DNA of 64,000 nucleotides from Alphaproteobacteria bacterium (GCA_965221125.1 CBDCRW010000004.1:160001-224000); one strand, 5' to 3'. Positions 16,290-26,212 are shown, counted from the stretch's first letter. Notes: generated by a model from the letters alone, not told the origin. A program made the numbers and translations.

Positions 16290-19166
16290 ATGAAGCCCTC
16301 GGCACCGCCGGCCGGCGAAGCGGAAGCCGACCATTCGGCCCATCTGCTTCGCCTGATCGAGATCCTGTACCGGGAGGTCCACCCCGGACGCGCGCCGCCG
16401 CCAGTCGCTCTCGAGAGCAGGCTGACCGAGGACCTGGGCTTCGACAGCCTGGGACGCACGGAATTGCTGCTGCGCGTCGAACGGGAGTTTTCCGTCTCGC
16501 TGCCCGCAGAGACGCTGGCCGGGGTGGAGACCGCCGCCGATCTCTGGCGCGCCATCGAGGCGGCCGCTCCTAGAGGCGAAGGCCGGATCGCACAATCTGT
16601 TACGTCCGCGCTTCCGGGTCCGGTCGAATCGATACCGCGAGACGCCGGGACCCTGACCGAGACACTGGACTGGCAGGCGGCGGTCCATCCGGACCGTACC
16701 CACGTCTGGCTGACGGAACGGGAAGGCGAGTGCGAGACCATCAGCTACGCGCACCTTCGCGAGCGGGCACTCGCCGTCGCGGGCGGGCTTCTGGAAGCCG
16801 GACTGGCGCCCGGCGCCCGCGTCGCCCTGATGCTGCCCACATGCGCCGGATTCCTCCATGCCTTCATCGGCATTCTCTATGCCGGATGCATCCCGGTTCC
16901 GATCTATCCGCCCGCGCGCCTGTCGCAGCTCGAAGATCATCTGCGCCGTCAGGCCGCGATCCTCGCGAATGCAGAGGCCGAACTGCTGATCACGGTGCGC
17001 GAAGGCCTCGCGCTGGCGCATTTCCTGCGCTCGACGGTCGAGAGCATGCGGTCGATCGAGACCGTGGACAGCCTGGTGGCCGCCGGCAACTCGGAACGGG
17101 GTCCGACCCGCACAGCGGAGGACGTGGCCCTTGTTCAATACACCTCCGGCAGCACGGGGGATCCCAAGGGCGTGGTGCTGAGCCATGCCAACCTTCTCGC
17201 CAACATCCGCGCCATGGGCCAGGCCATGGCCGTCGAGCCCGACCGCGACGTCTTCGTGAGCTGGCTGCCGCTCTACCACGACATGGGACTGATCGGCGCG
17301 TGGCTCGGCAGCCTCTACTTCGCCGTTCCGGTGTCGATCATGTCGCCATTGGTGTTCCTGGCCCGGCCGGAGAGCTGGCTGTGGGAGATCCATGCGCGCC
17401 GTGGAACCCTGTCGGGAGCGCCGAACTTCGCCTATGACCTCTGCGCCCACCGCATCGACGACCGAGCGATCGAGGGGCTCGATCTGAGTTCGGCCCGGAT
17501 GGTGGTGAACGGCGCGGAGCCCGTGCGCGCCTCGTCGGTTCGTGCCTTCTGCGAACGCTTCGCCGCCTACGGATTCGACCCCGGGGCGCTGTCCCCGGTC
17601 TACGGTCTGGCCGAGAACAGCGTGGGTCTGGCGTTCCCGCCGCCCGGCCGGGGTCTGCTGTGCGACCGCATCGATCGAAGCGCGCTGGCGGCGCGTTCCG
17701 AAGCGGTGACCGTGCCGGCCGGTCACGGCGATGCGCTGGAAGTCGTGGCGTGCGGCTCCCCGATCCCCGGACATCAGTTCCGGGTCGTCGACGAGAGCGG
17801 CCGCGAAGTGGCGGAACGCCGCCAGGGGCGGCTGCAATTCATGGGTCCTTCCGCGACCCGCGGCTATCGGCTCAACGAGAAGGCGACGCGGGAGCTGTTC
17901 GACGGAGAGTGGCTGGAGACCGGCGATCTTGCCTACGTCGCTGGGGGTGACGTCTATCTCACAGGCAGGATCAAGGACGTCATCATTCGGGGCGGACGCA
18001 ACATCCACCCGCACGAGGTGGAGGCCGCCGTCGGGGACCTGACGGGCGTTCGGCGGGGATGCGTCGCGGTGTTCGCTGCCTCTGTTGCGGACGAGGCCGA
18101 AAAGCTGGTGGTGGTCGCCGAGACGCGCGAGGAGTCCGGCGAGACCCGTGCGCGGCTGCGACGCGACGTGGAGGCGGCGGCCTTGGACGTCGCGGGAGTG
18201 GCACCGGACGAGGTCGTGCTGGCGCCGCCGCGTTCCGTGCTCAAGACCTCGAGCGGCAAGGTGAGGCGCGGCGCCACCCGCGCGTGCTACCTGGAAGGGC
18301 GTCTGGAGCGACCCGGTGCCGCACTGTGGTGGCAGCTCGTTCGGCTGTCACTGTCGGGGGCGGCGGCCAGGGTTTCAGCGGCGCACCGCGCGATCCTGGA
18401 CCATGCATTCGCCGCCTACTGGTGGGCGGTGCTGGCTGCGCTGGCGCTCGTCGTGTGGCCTTCGGCGATCGCATTGCCGCGGCGCGCGTGGCGCTGGTGG
18501 GCGCTCCGCGTCGCCGCGCACCTGATGTTGACGCTCACGGGCACGCGCTTGACGGTGGATGGCGCGATCGTGGCGGAGCGAGGCGCGATCGTCGTGGCCA
18601 ATCACTCCAGCTATTACGACAGTCTGGCGCTGGTGGCGGCCCTGCCCGGCGAGATCGCGTTCGTCGCCAAGGCGGAGCTGGCGCCGCAGTTCTTTGCGGG
18701 GACGCTGCTGCGGCGCATCGGCACGCTGTTCGTGGAGCGGTTCGACGAGGCGCGCGGGGTCAGCGATCTGGACGTCGTGATCGAGGCGGCCCGCGCGGGG
18801 CGGCGGGTGGCGGTCTACCCGGAAGGGACCCTGACCCGACGCCCCGGCCTCCTCGCCTTCAAGCTCGGTGCTTTCGCCGCCGCAGCAGCCGCAGACGTTC
18901 CCGTGGTGCCGATGACGCTGCGCGGTACCCGGTCGATACTGCGGGGCGGGCAGTGGTTTCCCCGCCCGGGAGACGTGCATGTGACGATCGGCCCTCCGGT
19001 CAGTGCGAGGGGGGCCGGCTTCGATGCGGCGATCCGGCTGCGGGACGAGGCGCGGGCGGCGATCCTGGCCAGCTGCGGAGAGCCGGATCTCGCCGAGGAA
19101 GCGACCCTGCTGGCGGATCGCAGGAAGAGGCGACCGTCGCCGGCCGGCAGCGCCGCCCCGTCCTGA
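16290..19166 (+). CDS. Acyl carrier protein - fatty acyl-AMP ligase - PlsC-type acyltransferase fusion
   Basis: N-terminal DLGFDSL (phosphopantetheine site). Central YTSGSTGDPKG, SWLPLYHDMGLIG, YGLAE, TGDL and KTSSGK (FAAL-type). C-terminal NHSSYYD and PEGT (LPLAT). Confidence 0.9.
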   Translation: MKPSAPPAGEAEADHSAHLLRLIEILYREVHPGRAPPPVALESRLTEDLGFDSLGRTELLLRVEREFSVSLPAETLAGVETAADLWRAIEAAAPRGEGRIAQSVTSALPGPVESIPRDAGTLTETLDWQAAVHPDRTHVWLTEREGECETISYAHLRERALAVAGGLLEAGLAPGARVALMLPTCAGFLHAFIGILYAGCIPVPIYPPARLSQLEDHLRRQAAILANAEAELLITVREGLALAHFLRSTVESMRSIETVDSLVAAGNSERGPTRTAEDVALVQYTSGSTGDPKGVVLSHANLLANIRAMGQAMAVEPDRDVFVSWLPLYHDMGLIGAWLGSLYFAVPVSIMSPLVFLARPESWLWEIHARRGTLSGAPNFAYDLCAHRIDDRAIEGLDLSSARMVVNGAEPVRASSVRAFCERFAAYGFDPGALSPVYGLAENSVGLAFPPPGRGLLCDRIDRSALAARSEAVTVPAGHGDALEVVACGSPIPGHQFRVVDESGREVAERRQGRLQFMGPSATRGYRLNEKATRELFDGEWLETGDLAYVAGGDVYLTGRIKDVIIRGGRNIHPHEVEAAVGDLTGVRRGCVAVFAASVADEAEKLVVVAETREESGETRARLRRDVEAAALDVAGVAPDEVVLAPPRSVLKTSSGKVRRGATRACYLEGRLERPGAALWWQLVRLSLSGAAARVSAAHRAILDHAFAAYWWAVLAALALVVWPSAIALPRRAWRWWALRVAAHLMLTLTGTRLTVDGAIVAERGAIVVANHSSYYDSLALVAALPGEIAFVAKAELAPQFFAGTLLRRIGTLFVERFDEARGVSDLDVVIEAARAGRRVAVYPEGTLTRRPGLLAFKLGAFAAAAAADVPVVPMTLRGTRSILRGGQWFPRPGDVHVTIGPPVSARGAGFDAAIRLRDEARAAILASCGEPDLAEEATLLADRRKRRPSPAGSAAPS

Positions 19167-19193
19167 CGGCGCGGTTTGCCGAGGGTGGCGCTG

Positions 19194-21283
19194 CAGGGCT
19201 CGTTTTTTGTCCGCCCGGCGAGCGGCGTGAGGTGATCGCGGCGCTGGTCATTTCGTTTTCGCTGTGGCAGTGTAGCGGCCATGGCGACGTTGCCGGGCCT
19301 GGATTCGTCCATTGATCTGCGTGCGGTCACGGTGCGCCCGACCTGGGGCGCGCGGGAGCACCGGCGCTGGGACCGGCTGGTGGAGGAGCACCACTACCTG
19401 CGATTCCACGGCGTCGTCGGCAAGGGGCTGCGCCATGTCGCGGTGCATGGCGAGACCTGGCTCGCCCTGATCGGCTGGCAGCCGGGCGCGTTCAAGCTGG
19501 CCGCGCGCGACCGCTGGATCGGCTGGTCGGCGGAGCAGCAGTTCCGGCGCCTGCATCTGATCGCGAACAACTCGCGCTTCGTGATCCTGACGCCTGAGCG
19601 GGTTCCCAACCTGGCCTCGCGGGTTCTGGGGCTGAGCCTGCGGCGGCTGTCTGCGGACACCCAGGCGGTGCATGGATACCCGGCGCTCCTGGCCGAGACC
19701 TTCGTCGATCCCGCGCGCTTCGCCGGCACCTGCTACCGCGCGTCGAACTGGCGCTCGCTGGGGATGACGCGCGGCTTTGCCCGTGACCCCGGAGCTGCTC
19801 CGCGCTGGCGCCACCACGGCCAGCCCAAGGAGGTCTTCGTGTTCGAACTTAGCGATGGCGCCGCCGAAGCGCTGAGCCGGGCCGAGATCCCGGCGAACTG
19901 GAACGCCGAGCAACACAGCGAGCCGATGACGGCGCCCCGGCTGCGCAGCCTGTTCGAGTGCCTGGGCGAGGTGCCCGAGTGCCGCCATGCCCGGGGCAAG
20001 CGCTATCCCTTGAAGACCGTGCTGGCGGTTGCCGTCGCCGCCCGCCTTGCCGGCTACCGGGGCTCGACAGCCTTCGCCCAGTTCGCCGCCCTGCTCTCGC
20101 AGGAGCAGCTCGAGGCGGTCGGCGCGTTCTGGAGCCCTTCGAAGAAGCGCTACACCGCGCCCGCGATCACCACCTTCCACAACATCCTCGCCGCCCTGCC
20201 GCCGGAGACGCTGGACAACGCCATCGGCCGGTGGACCGGCCAGCACGACGGCGCGCACGCCCCGGTCGCCATGGACGGAAAGGACCTGCGCGGCGCCTCG
20301 AAGCAGACCGAAGACGGGCGGCGCATGATGGTCGCGGCGCTGGTGCACAAGACCGGCATGGTCCTGGGACAGGTCGAGGTCGATAGAAAGAGCAACGAGA
20401 TCCCCGCCGTGCGCGAACTCTCCAGCAGTCTCGACCTCGCAGGCCGGACCGTCACCCTCGATGCGATGCACGCCCAGCACGAGACCGCGCGCTGCCTGCT
20501 CGGGCGTCGCGCCGACTACGTGGTCACCGCGGTGAAGGACAATCAGGAGACCATCCTCGAAGACCTCAAGGCGATCGACTTCTCCGACGCGCCCTGGCAC
20601 GAAACCGTCGACAAGGGCCATGGCCGCATCGAGCGCCGCCGCTGCGCCGTCGTCGACCTCTCCGCTGCCGAATGGGACGGCTACGCCAACCTTCACGGAC
20701 GCCGCCAGGCGATGCGCATCGAACGCGAGCGCGAGATCCTCAAGACCGGCGAGCGCAGCGTCGAGGTGACCTGGAGCCTGACCTCGCTCGGCGCAGACCG
20801 CGCCGGGCCCGAGGAGCTTCTGGCTCTGGTCCGCAATCACTGGCACATCGAGAACCGGCTGCACTACGTGCGCGACTTCACCTATGACGAAGACCGCTGC
20901 CGGGCGTACGTGCGCCACCTGCCGCGCAATCTCTCCTGCCTGACCAACGCGGCCATCGCCATCGTGCGCTGCGACGGGCGCTTCCGCTTCCTGCCCGAGG
21001 CCAACCGGCATTATGCCGCCCGCGCCCAGGAGGCTCTCGACGCGATCCTGATCGCGCCCGCTGCATGATCCTGCGGGCGTAACCGCGTCGCAGAGCGCGA
21101 CGGGACGCGCCGTCGAACGGCGCGGCGGGATCGCTTTGCCCGGCGAGCCCGAAAACCGAGCCCTACCGGCCCCCGCGGACCCCATGCAGCCGCCCAGCCA
21201 AGCTCGGCCAGGACCTTCATCGGCCCAAGCCTGCCCGCTCTCGGTCATCCCGCCCTCTCAGCCATGACTAAAAAATGTTCCTG
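19194..21283 (+). mobile_element. ISAs1 family insertion sequence carrying a DUF4338/DruA domain
   Basis: 10-bp direct repeat GGTGGCGCTG at 19184-19193 and 21284-21293. Imperfect terminal IRs CAGGGCTCGTTTTTTGTC and GACTAAAAAATGTTCCTG. Confidence 0.88.
19281..21068 (+). CDS. DUF4338/DruA domain fused to an ISAs1 DDE transposase
   Basis: N-terminal HHYL, ARDRWIGW, NNSRFVIL, PNLASRVL and ETFVD...GTCYRASNW. C-terminal AMDGKDLRG, KSNEIPA, TLDAMH, VKDNQ, GHGRIERR and HWHIENRLHYVRDFTYDED. Confidence 0.9.
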   Translation: MATLPGLDSSIDLRAVTVRPTWGAREHRRWDRLVEEHHYLRFHGVVGKGLRHVAVHGETWLALIGWQPGAFKLAARDRWIGWSAEQQFRRLHLIANNSRFVILTPERVPNLASRVLGLSLRRLSADTQAVHGYPALLAETFVDPARFAGTCYRASNWRSLGMTRGFARDPGAAPRWRHHGQPKEVFVFELSDGAAEALSRAEIPANWNAEQHSEPMTAPRLRSLFECLGEVPECRHARGKRYPLKTVLAVAVAARLAGYRGSTAFAQFAALLSQEQLEAVGAFWSPSKKRYTAPAITTFHNILAALPPETLDNAIGRWTGQHDGAHAPVAMDGKDLRGASKQTEDGRRMMVAALVHKTGMVLGQVEVDRKSNEIPAVRELSSSLDLAGRTVTLDAMHAQHETARCLLGRRADYVVTAVKDNQETILEDLKAIDFSDAPWHETVDKGHGRIERRRCAVVDLSAAEWDGYANLHGRRQAMRIEREREILKTGERSVEVTWSLTSLGADRAGPEELLALVRNHWHIENRLHYVRDFTYDEDRCRAYVRHLPRNLSCLTNAAIAIVRCDGRFRFLPEANRHYAARAQEALDAILIAPAA

Positions 21284-21363
21284 GGTGGCGCTGCCGGCAG
21301 ATCGACACCCCGACAGCGTGTCCCTAGAGTGTCGTGGACAGGGCGGACCGCTGGGGGAACGGC

Positions 21364-22719
21364 ATGCGGGGCAAGCGCAAGGCCATATGGGGGTGGATGT
21401 TCTTCGACTGGGCGGCCCAGCCCTTCTACACGCTCGTCCTCACCTTCGTCTTCGGTCCCTATTTCGTGTCCGAAGTGGTTGCCGATCCCGCGCAGGGCCA
21501 GGCCTTGTGGGGTCTTGCGATCGCGGTGGGCTCGATCGTCGTCGCGTTGACGGCGCCGTTGCTCGGCGCCGTCGCCGACGCGAGAGGACCGCGCAAGCCG
21601 TGGATCGTCGGCTTCTCCGTCCTCTATGTCGTCGGTGCCGCCGGGCTTTGGGGAGCAGCACCGGGATCGGCCGACCTCACGGCGATCCTGTTCTTCCTCG
21701 TTCTTGCCCTGATCGGGGCCGAGTTCACGGGAGTGTTCACCAACGCCGCCTTGCCGTCGCTCGGCGGCAAGAACGAGATCGGCCGCATTTCCGGCTCCGG
21801 CTGGGCGCTGGGATATTGGGGAGGGTTGGTGAGTCTCGTGATCGTGCTCGGTCTGATGGCGCCGGTGCCGGGTTCGGAAAGAACCGTGACCGGCCTCGTC
21901 CCGATCTTCGGCCTCGACCCCGCGCTGGGCGAGGGCGCCCGCGCCGCCGGCCCGCTGTCGGCCGTCTGGTACATCGTCTTCATCGTCCCGTTCTTTCTCT
22001 GGACCCCTGACACGAAGCGCCAGGCCCCGGCCACGAACACCGTCATCCGGGGCCTGAAGGACCTGAAGGACACTCTCGCTTCCCTGCCCTCGCGGGGCAG
22101 CTTCCTCGCCTATCTCGCCTCCTCGATGTTCTACCGCGACGCGCTCGGCGGGCTCTTCATCTTCGGCGGCATCTACGCGGCGGGCGTTCTGGAATGGGGC
22201 ATGTTCGAGCTCGGCGTGTTCGGGGTGGTCGGCCTCGTCGCCGGCGCGGCGGGAGCCTGGATCGGTGGCCGTGCCGATGTGCGGTTCGGACCGAAACCCG
22301 TGATCGTCGCCACCATCCTTACGTTGATGATCTTCTCCTTCATCATCATCACCACCGGCCCGGACGAGGTTCTGTTCATCGGCGTCGGCACCGCCGAGGC
22401 GCCATCGAGCCTGCCGACCATCGTGTTCTACGTCTGCGGTGCGGTCATCGGGGCGGCGGGAGGGCCGCTCCAGGCGGCGTCCCGAACCATGCTCGTGCGC
22501 TAGGCCGGAGAGGAGCGAATGACCGAGGCGTTCGGGCTCTACGCGCTGGCCGGCAAGGTGACCTCGTTCGTGGCCCCCCTTCTGGTCGCATTCGCCACCG
22601 ACGCAAGCGGCAGCCAGCGCGTCGGCGTCACGCCGATCCTGGCCCTCTTCCTCGTCGGCCTGGTCCTCATGGTCTGGGTGCGCGCCGACGGCGCGCAGGC
22701 CCGCCGCCGGCAGGCCTGA
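21364..22719 (+). pseudogene. UMF1/ATG22-like MFS transporter interrupted by an in-frame TAG at 22501-22503
   Basis: WMFFDWAAQPF and GRISGSGWALGY motifs. The frame reads SRTMLVR*AGEERMTEAFGLYALAGK and continues to TGA at 22719. Confidence 0.82.
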
Positions 22720-22744
22720 TCGAAGAGAATCCAGCGGGCGATGA

Positions 22745-22894
22745 CGGCAACGATCTCGGCTCGACCGCGCGGCGTGAGTTTTGCATTCTTGTGGACGTTC
22801 ATCCGGGGCTCTCCTCTCGGTTCGCTGACAGGCTTTCTTCACCCATCGGCTTCCGAGATTCGGCTCCGGATGGACAACCTATTGAGAGATCACA
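22745..22894 (-). mobile_element. IS481 family left-end remnant with a truncated transposase start
   Basis: MNVHKNAKLTPRGRAEIV from ATG 22802 is a typical IS481 N-terminus. The element end reads TGTGATCTCTCAATAGGTTGTCCATCC (TGT terminus at 22894). The inner boundary is approximate. Confidence 0.75.
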
Positions 22895-22990
22895 TCTAGC
22901 CCCGGTGCGAGGTGGAGGTACCTGCAGGAGCGCGTCCGCTACTGCCGGACGCGCTCCTGCGATCGACTCATACTCTGGTCGCAGCTCTGC

Positions 22991-23992
22991 TTAGCGGATG
23001 CCGGCCTCGATTTCGGGAATGAGCTGATCGATGTTGTCCGGCGTCACCAGGCCGATGCCGGTGTCGATGTCGAGACCCGGAATGGCGTAGGTCGAGGACA
23101 GAACGCACTGAACCACCGGCAGGAAGCCCTGCAGGAAGAGGTTCTGATCGAACAGGACGTGGACATAGCCGTCCTGCACCGCTTCGACGGCGGCGGGCAC
23201 GATGTCGTAGCCCGCACCGAAGATCTCGCCGGGCTCCTTGCCGGCTTCCTTGAGAGCCTTGCCCAGGAACCCGGTCACCGTGCCGTGCGAGGTGATGATC
23301 GACTTCACGTCGGGGGTGCGCTCGATATAGGCGACGAGGATCGGCACGGCGAGCGACGGGTCGGCGTTCACTTCCGGGCTGATCTCGATGTAGTCGATGG
23401 TCATGTTGTTTTCTTCGTAGACGTCGAGAGCGCCCCGCTCGAGCTTGCCGCGTTCGTCCTGCGAAAGCAGGCCGTAGACCATGACGCGGTCGCCTTCCTT
23501 GAGGCCGGCGTTCTTGATCGTCGCGCCCGCGACGAGGCGGCCCGAGCGGTAGTTGTCCATCCCGACGAAGCCGAAGCCGGATTGGCGGTACTCGTTGAAG
23601 AGATCGCTGAGCTGGGAGTTGCCGCTGGTCAGCACGATGCCGCGCTCCCGGGCCTCTGCGGCGAGATCCCAGAAGGCATCGTTGCCGGGGTGCCCCATGA
23701 TCTCGATGCAGTCCGGATTGGCCGCCATGGCCTCCTTGAACTGGTTGATCATGACGTCGGGCTGCCACGCGGAATACTGCTCGCGCAGGTCGACGCCGAA
23801 GGCCTCGGCTGCGGCGCGGGCGCCATTGGTCCGCGCCAGCGTGGCGCCACCGCCGGGGTTCCCGCCCATCTGGAAGTACATTACCAGGCCTTCGCCGATG
23901 GTCTGGGCCTGGCTCGGGGCCGCCGCACCCGCCGCGATTACCAAACCCGCTGCGACGGCAACGGCGCTGAGATACTTGCGTGTTCCGGACAT
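22991..23992 (-). CDS. Sugar ABC transporter periplasmic binding protein
   Basis: Signal peptide, GFVGMDNYRSG and DQNLFLQGFLPV motifs; cotranscribed with the permease and ATPase. Confidence 0.9.
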   Translation of the reverse strand: MSGTRKYLSAVAVAAGLVIAAGAAAPSQAQTIGEGLVMYFQMGGNPGGGATLARTNGARAAAEAFGVDLREQYSAWQPDVMINQFKEAMAANPDCIEIMGHPGNDAFWDLAAEARERGIVLTSGNSQLSDLFNEYRQSGFGFVGMDNYRSGRLVAGATIKNAGLKEGDRVMVYGLLSQDERGKLERGALDVYEENNMTIDYIEISPEVNADPSLAVPILVAYIERTPDVKSIITSHGTVTGFLGKALKEAGKEPGEIFGAGYDIVPAAVEAVQDGYVHVLFDQNLFLQGFLPVVQCVLSSTYAIPGLDIDTGIGLVTPDNIDQLIPEIEAGIR

Positions 23993-24091
23993 TGTCCTCT
24001 CCCTGGTTGCAAGGTGAACGAACTCACCGCGCCTCGGCATCGGACTGCATTGGCGCGGGGTGGTGCTGGCGCATCGCGCCCTCAAGGCCGC

Positions 24092-25189
24092 TCAAGGCGG
24101 CCTCGTTCTTCGCGGCCCTTCGGAGTCTTCCTGAGGCCCAAGGCCGCCCATTCCGGCAATCTTTCTGACACCGGCCAATCCCCTCGGCTTCTCCACGGTC
24201 AGGTGGAACGTGACGGCCGCGATGAACACGAGACCGACGACCAGGCGTGTCCAGAAGCCGCTGATGCCGCTGCCGACGACCCCGGCTTCGACCGTGCCGA
24301 CGATGAACGAGCCGAAGACCGTGCCGACGATGCTGCCCTTGCCGCCGGATATCGACGTGCCGCCGATGAAGACCGCGGCGAGCGCGACCAGCAGGAATCC
24401 GGTGCCCTGGGTGGTGAAGAAGTTCTTGTTCTCCAGCGTCAGCATGACGCCGGACAAGGCGCCGAGCACGCCCATCAGCGTGAACAGCTTGATCTTCTCC
24501 CGATCGACCTTGACGCCCACCACGCGGGCCACGTTCGCATTGTCGCCGATGAAGAGAAGGTGCTCGCCGAAGCGGTGCCGGTTGAGGATGAACCACATCA
24601 GCGCCGCCAGCGCGATGGCCCAGAAGAACTGAACCGGCACCGGGCCGATCCGTCCCGTGAGCACGTCGAAGATCACGTACTCCTTGATGTCCCGGATGTT
24701 GTGACTCAACCCGCCCGAGGAGATGACCGTCGCGCCCTCCCAGACGAAGAGGGTCGCAAGGGTCGCGATGATCGAGGGAATGCCGATCCGCACCACAAGG
24801 AGGCCGTTGAGGAAGCCGATCAGGCCGCCGACGAGAAGCGCCACGACGAAGGCGCCCCATACCAGCAGGTCGTGCTTGTCGGCCATGTCCTCGTCGAGAG
24901 GGAAGACGCCGAACTTGGTGATCATCACGAAGACCAGGCTGGACACCTTGAGCACGGAGGGGAAGGAAAGGTCGATCTCCCCGGCGGCGATGACCAGGGT
25001 GAGGCCGAGGCCGAGAATGAGCGGGGGCACGACCGTGCTGCCCAGCGTCGTGTACATGCGATAGCCGAGGAAGCTCTCGGGCGCCGTGATCATGAAGGCG
25101 CCGATCACGACGAGGAACGCGAGGATGATCGGCAGGCCTTCGACCCGCGTCCAAAACGTCTGATGGGTCTTGAGCTCAGGCCTCGGCAT
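24092..25189 (-). CDS. Sugar ABC transporter permease (RbsC family)
   Basis: GEIDLSF, IPSIIATL, AAVFIGGTSISGGKG. Confidence 0.93.
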   Translation of the reverse strand: MPRPELKTHQTFWTRVEGLPIILAFLVVIGAFMITAPESFLGYRMYTTLGSTVVPPLILGLGLTLVIAAGEIDLSFPSVLKVSSLVFVMITKFGVFPLDEDMADKHDLLVWGAFVVALLVGGLIGFLNGLLVVRIGIPSIIATLATLFVWEGATVISSGGLSHNIRDIKEYVIFDVLTGRIGPVPVQFFWAIALAALMWFILNRHRFGEHLLFIGDNANVARVVGVKVDREKIKLFTLMGVLGALSGVMLTLENKNFFTTQGTGFLLVALAAVFIGGTSISGGKGSIVGTVFGSFIVGTVEAGVVGSGISGFWTRLVVGLVFIAAVTFHLTVEKPRGLAGVRKIAGMGGLGPQEDSEGPRRTRPP

Positions 25190-25964
25190 GCTGGCGTTCG
25201 GTCTGCAACTCGATAAGGAAGGAGGTCAGCTCGGCGACCGTCATTTCTCCCCGCTGGACCTCGTTGACGATGGTGCCGCGGTCGATAATGACGATGCGGT
25301 CGGCGACCGCGTGCACGTGGGCGAGGTTGTGCTCGATGTAGAGGCAGGCGCGGCCGGAGGTCTTGATGTCGTCGACGAACTCCAGGACCTTGCCCACCTC
25401 CTTCACGCCGAGCGCCGCCGTCGGCTCGTCGAGCAGGATGAGATCGGCGTTGAAGTGCATGGCGCGGCCGATGGCGATGCCTTGCCTCTCGCCGCCCGAG
25501 AGGTCCTCGACGATGGTGTCGACCGTGATGCCGGCGCCGCGGAAGCCGATCGACTTGAGCAGGATCTCCTGGGCGAGCTCCTTCTGCTTGCGGACGTTGA
25601 TGAAGCCCAGGCGATTGGTGATCTGACGGCCGACGAAGAAGTTGCGCCAGAGCGGCTGCTTCTCGCAGAGCGAGCGTTCCTGGTGGACGGTCTCGATGCC
25701 GTACTGATGCGCCCTGAGGACGGAGTAGTCCCGGAGGTCGATTTCCCGGTCGCGGATGTAGAGGCTGCCCGCCGTCGGTCGCAGCACGCCGGTGATGATC
25801 TTGATGAGAGTTGACTTGCCGGCACCGTTGTCGCCGACGAGGCCGACGATCTCGTTGCGGCCGACGCTCAGGTCCACGCCGGTAAGCGCGCCGACGTTGC
25901 CGAACCACATCTCGATGCCTTCGGCGCGGAGGGCGTTCGCGTAGTCTTGACCGCCTCGATCCAT
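25176..25964 (-). CDS. Sugar ABC transporter ATP-binding protein (single domain)
   Basis: GDNGAGKST, LSGGERQ, LLDEPT, EHN. Confidence 0.93.
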   Translation of the reverse strand: MDRGGQDYANALRAEGIEMWFGNVGALTGVDLSVGRNEIVGLVGDNGAGKSTLIKIITGVLRPTAGSLYIRDREIDLRDYSVLRAHQYGIETVHQERSLCEKQPLWRNFFVGRQITNRLGFINVRKQKELAQEILLKSIGFRGAGITVDTIVEDLSGGERQGIAIGRAMHFNADLILLDEPTAALGVKEVGKVLEFVDDIKTSGRACLYIEHNLAHVHAVADRIVIIDRGTIVNEVQRGEMTVAELTSFLIELQTERQHAEA

Positions 25965-26212
25965 CGGTGACTCCGCACTCGCCTCTCGGACCGATTGCCT
26001 GGGGGCAAGAGTAGAGCAAAGGCTGTGCGCGGAGCAAAGAAACGCCAGGGCAAGTGTCGCCAGCACATGACCTGTTCGGCTTGGGTAGCGCACGGGTTTT
26101 TCGGTCAGGCTTTTGATCGGCGCACTGGTTCGGTGCCGATCGGCGCGGTAACCCAACCCTTGGGTGCGACGGCCTGGTCCATCGAAACCGGCGGGGCGAG
26201 GCACAGCACCAT

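Noticed and set aside
19248-21248. 666-aa minus-strand ORF inside the ISAs1 element
   Set aside because: Shadow frame of the transposase with no domain signatures.
22501-22503. Possible pyrrolysine or genome-wide TAG recoding
   Set aside because: Many genes here end normally in TAG and no pyl genes are present; a nonsense mutation is simpler.
26010-26050. Sigma54-like promoter upstream of the sugar ABC ATPase
   Set aside because: TGGC..TTGC spacing is one base short, and the alternative site lacks the -24 GG.
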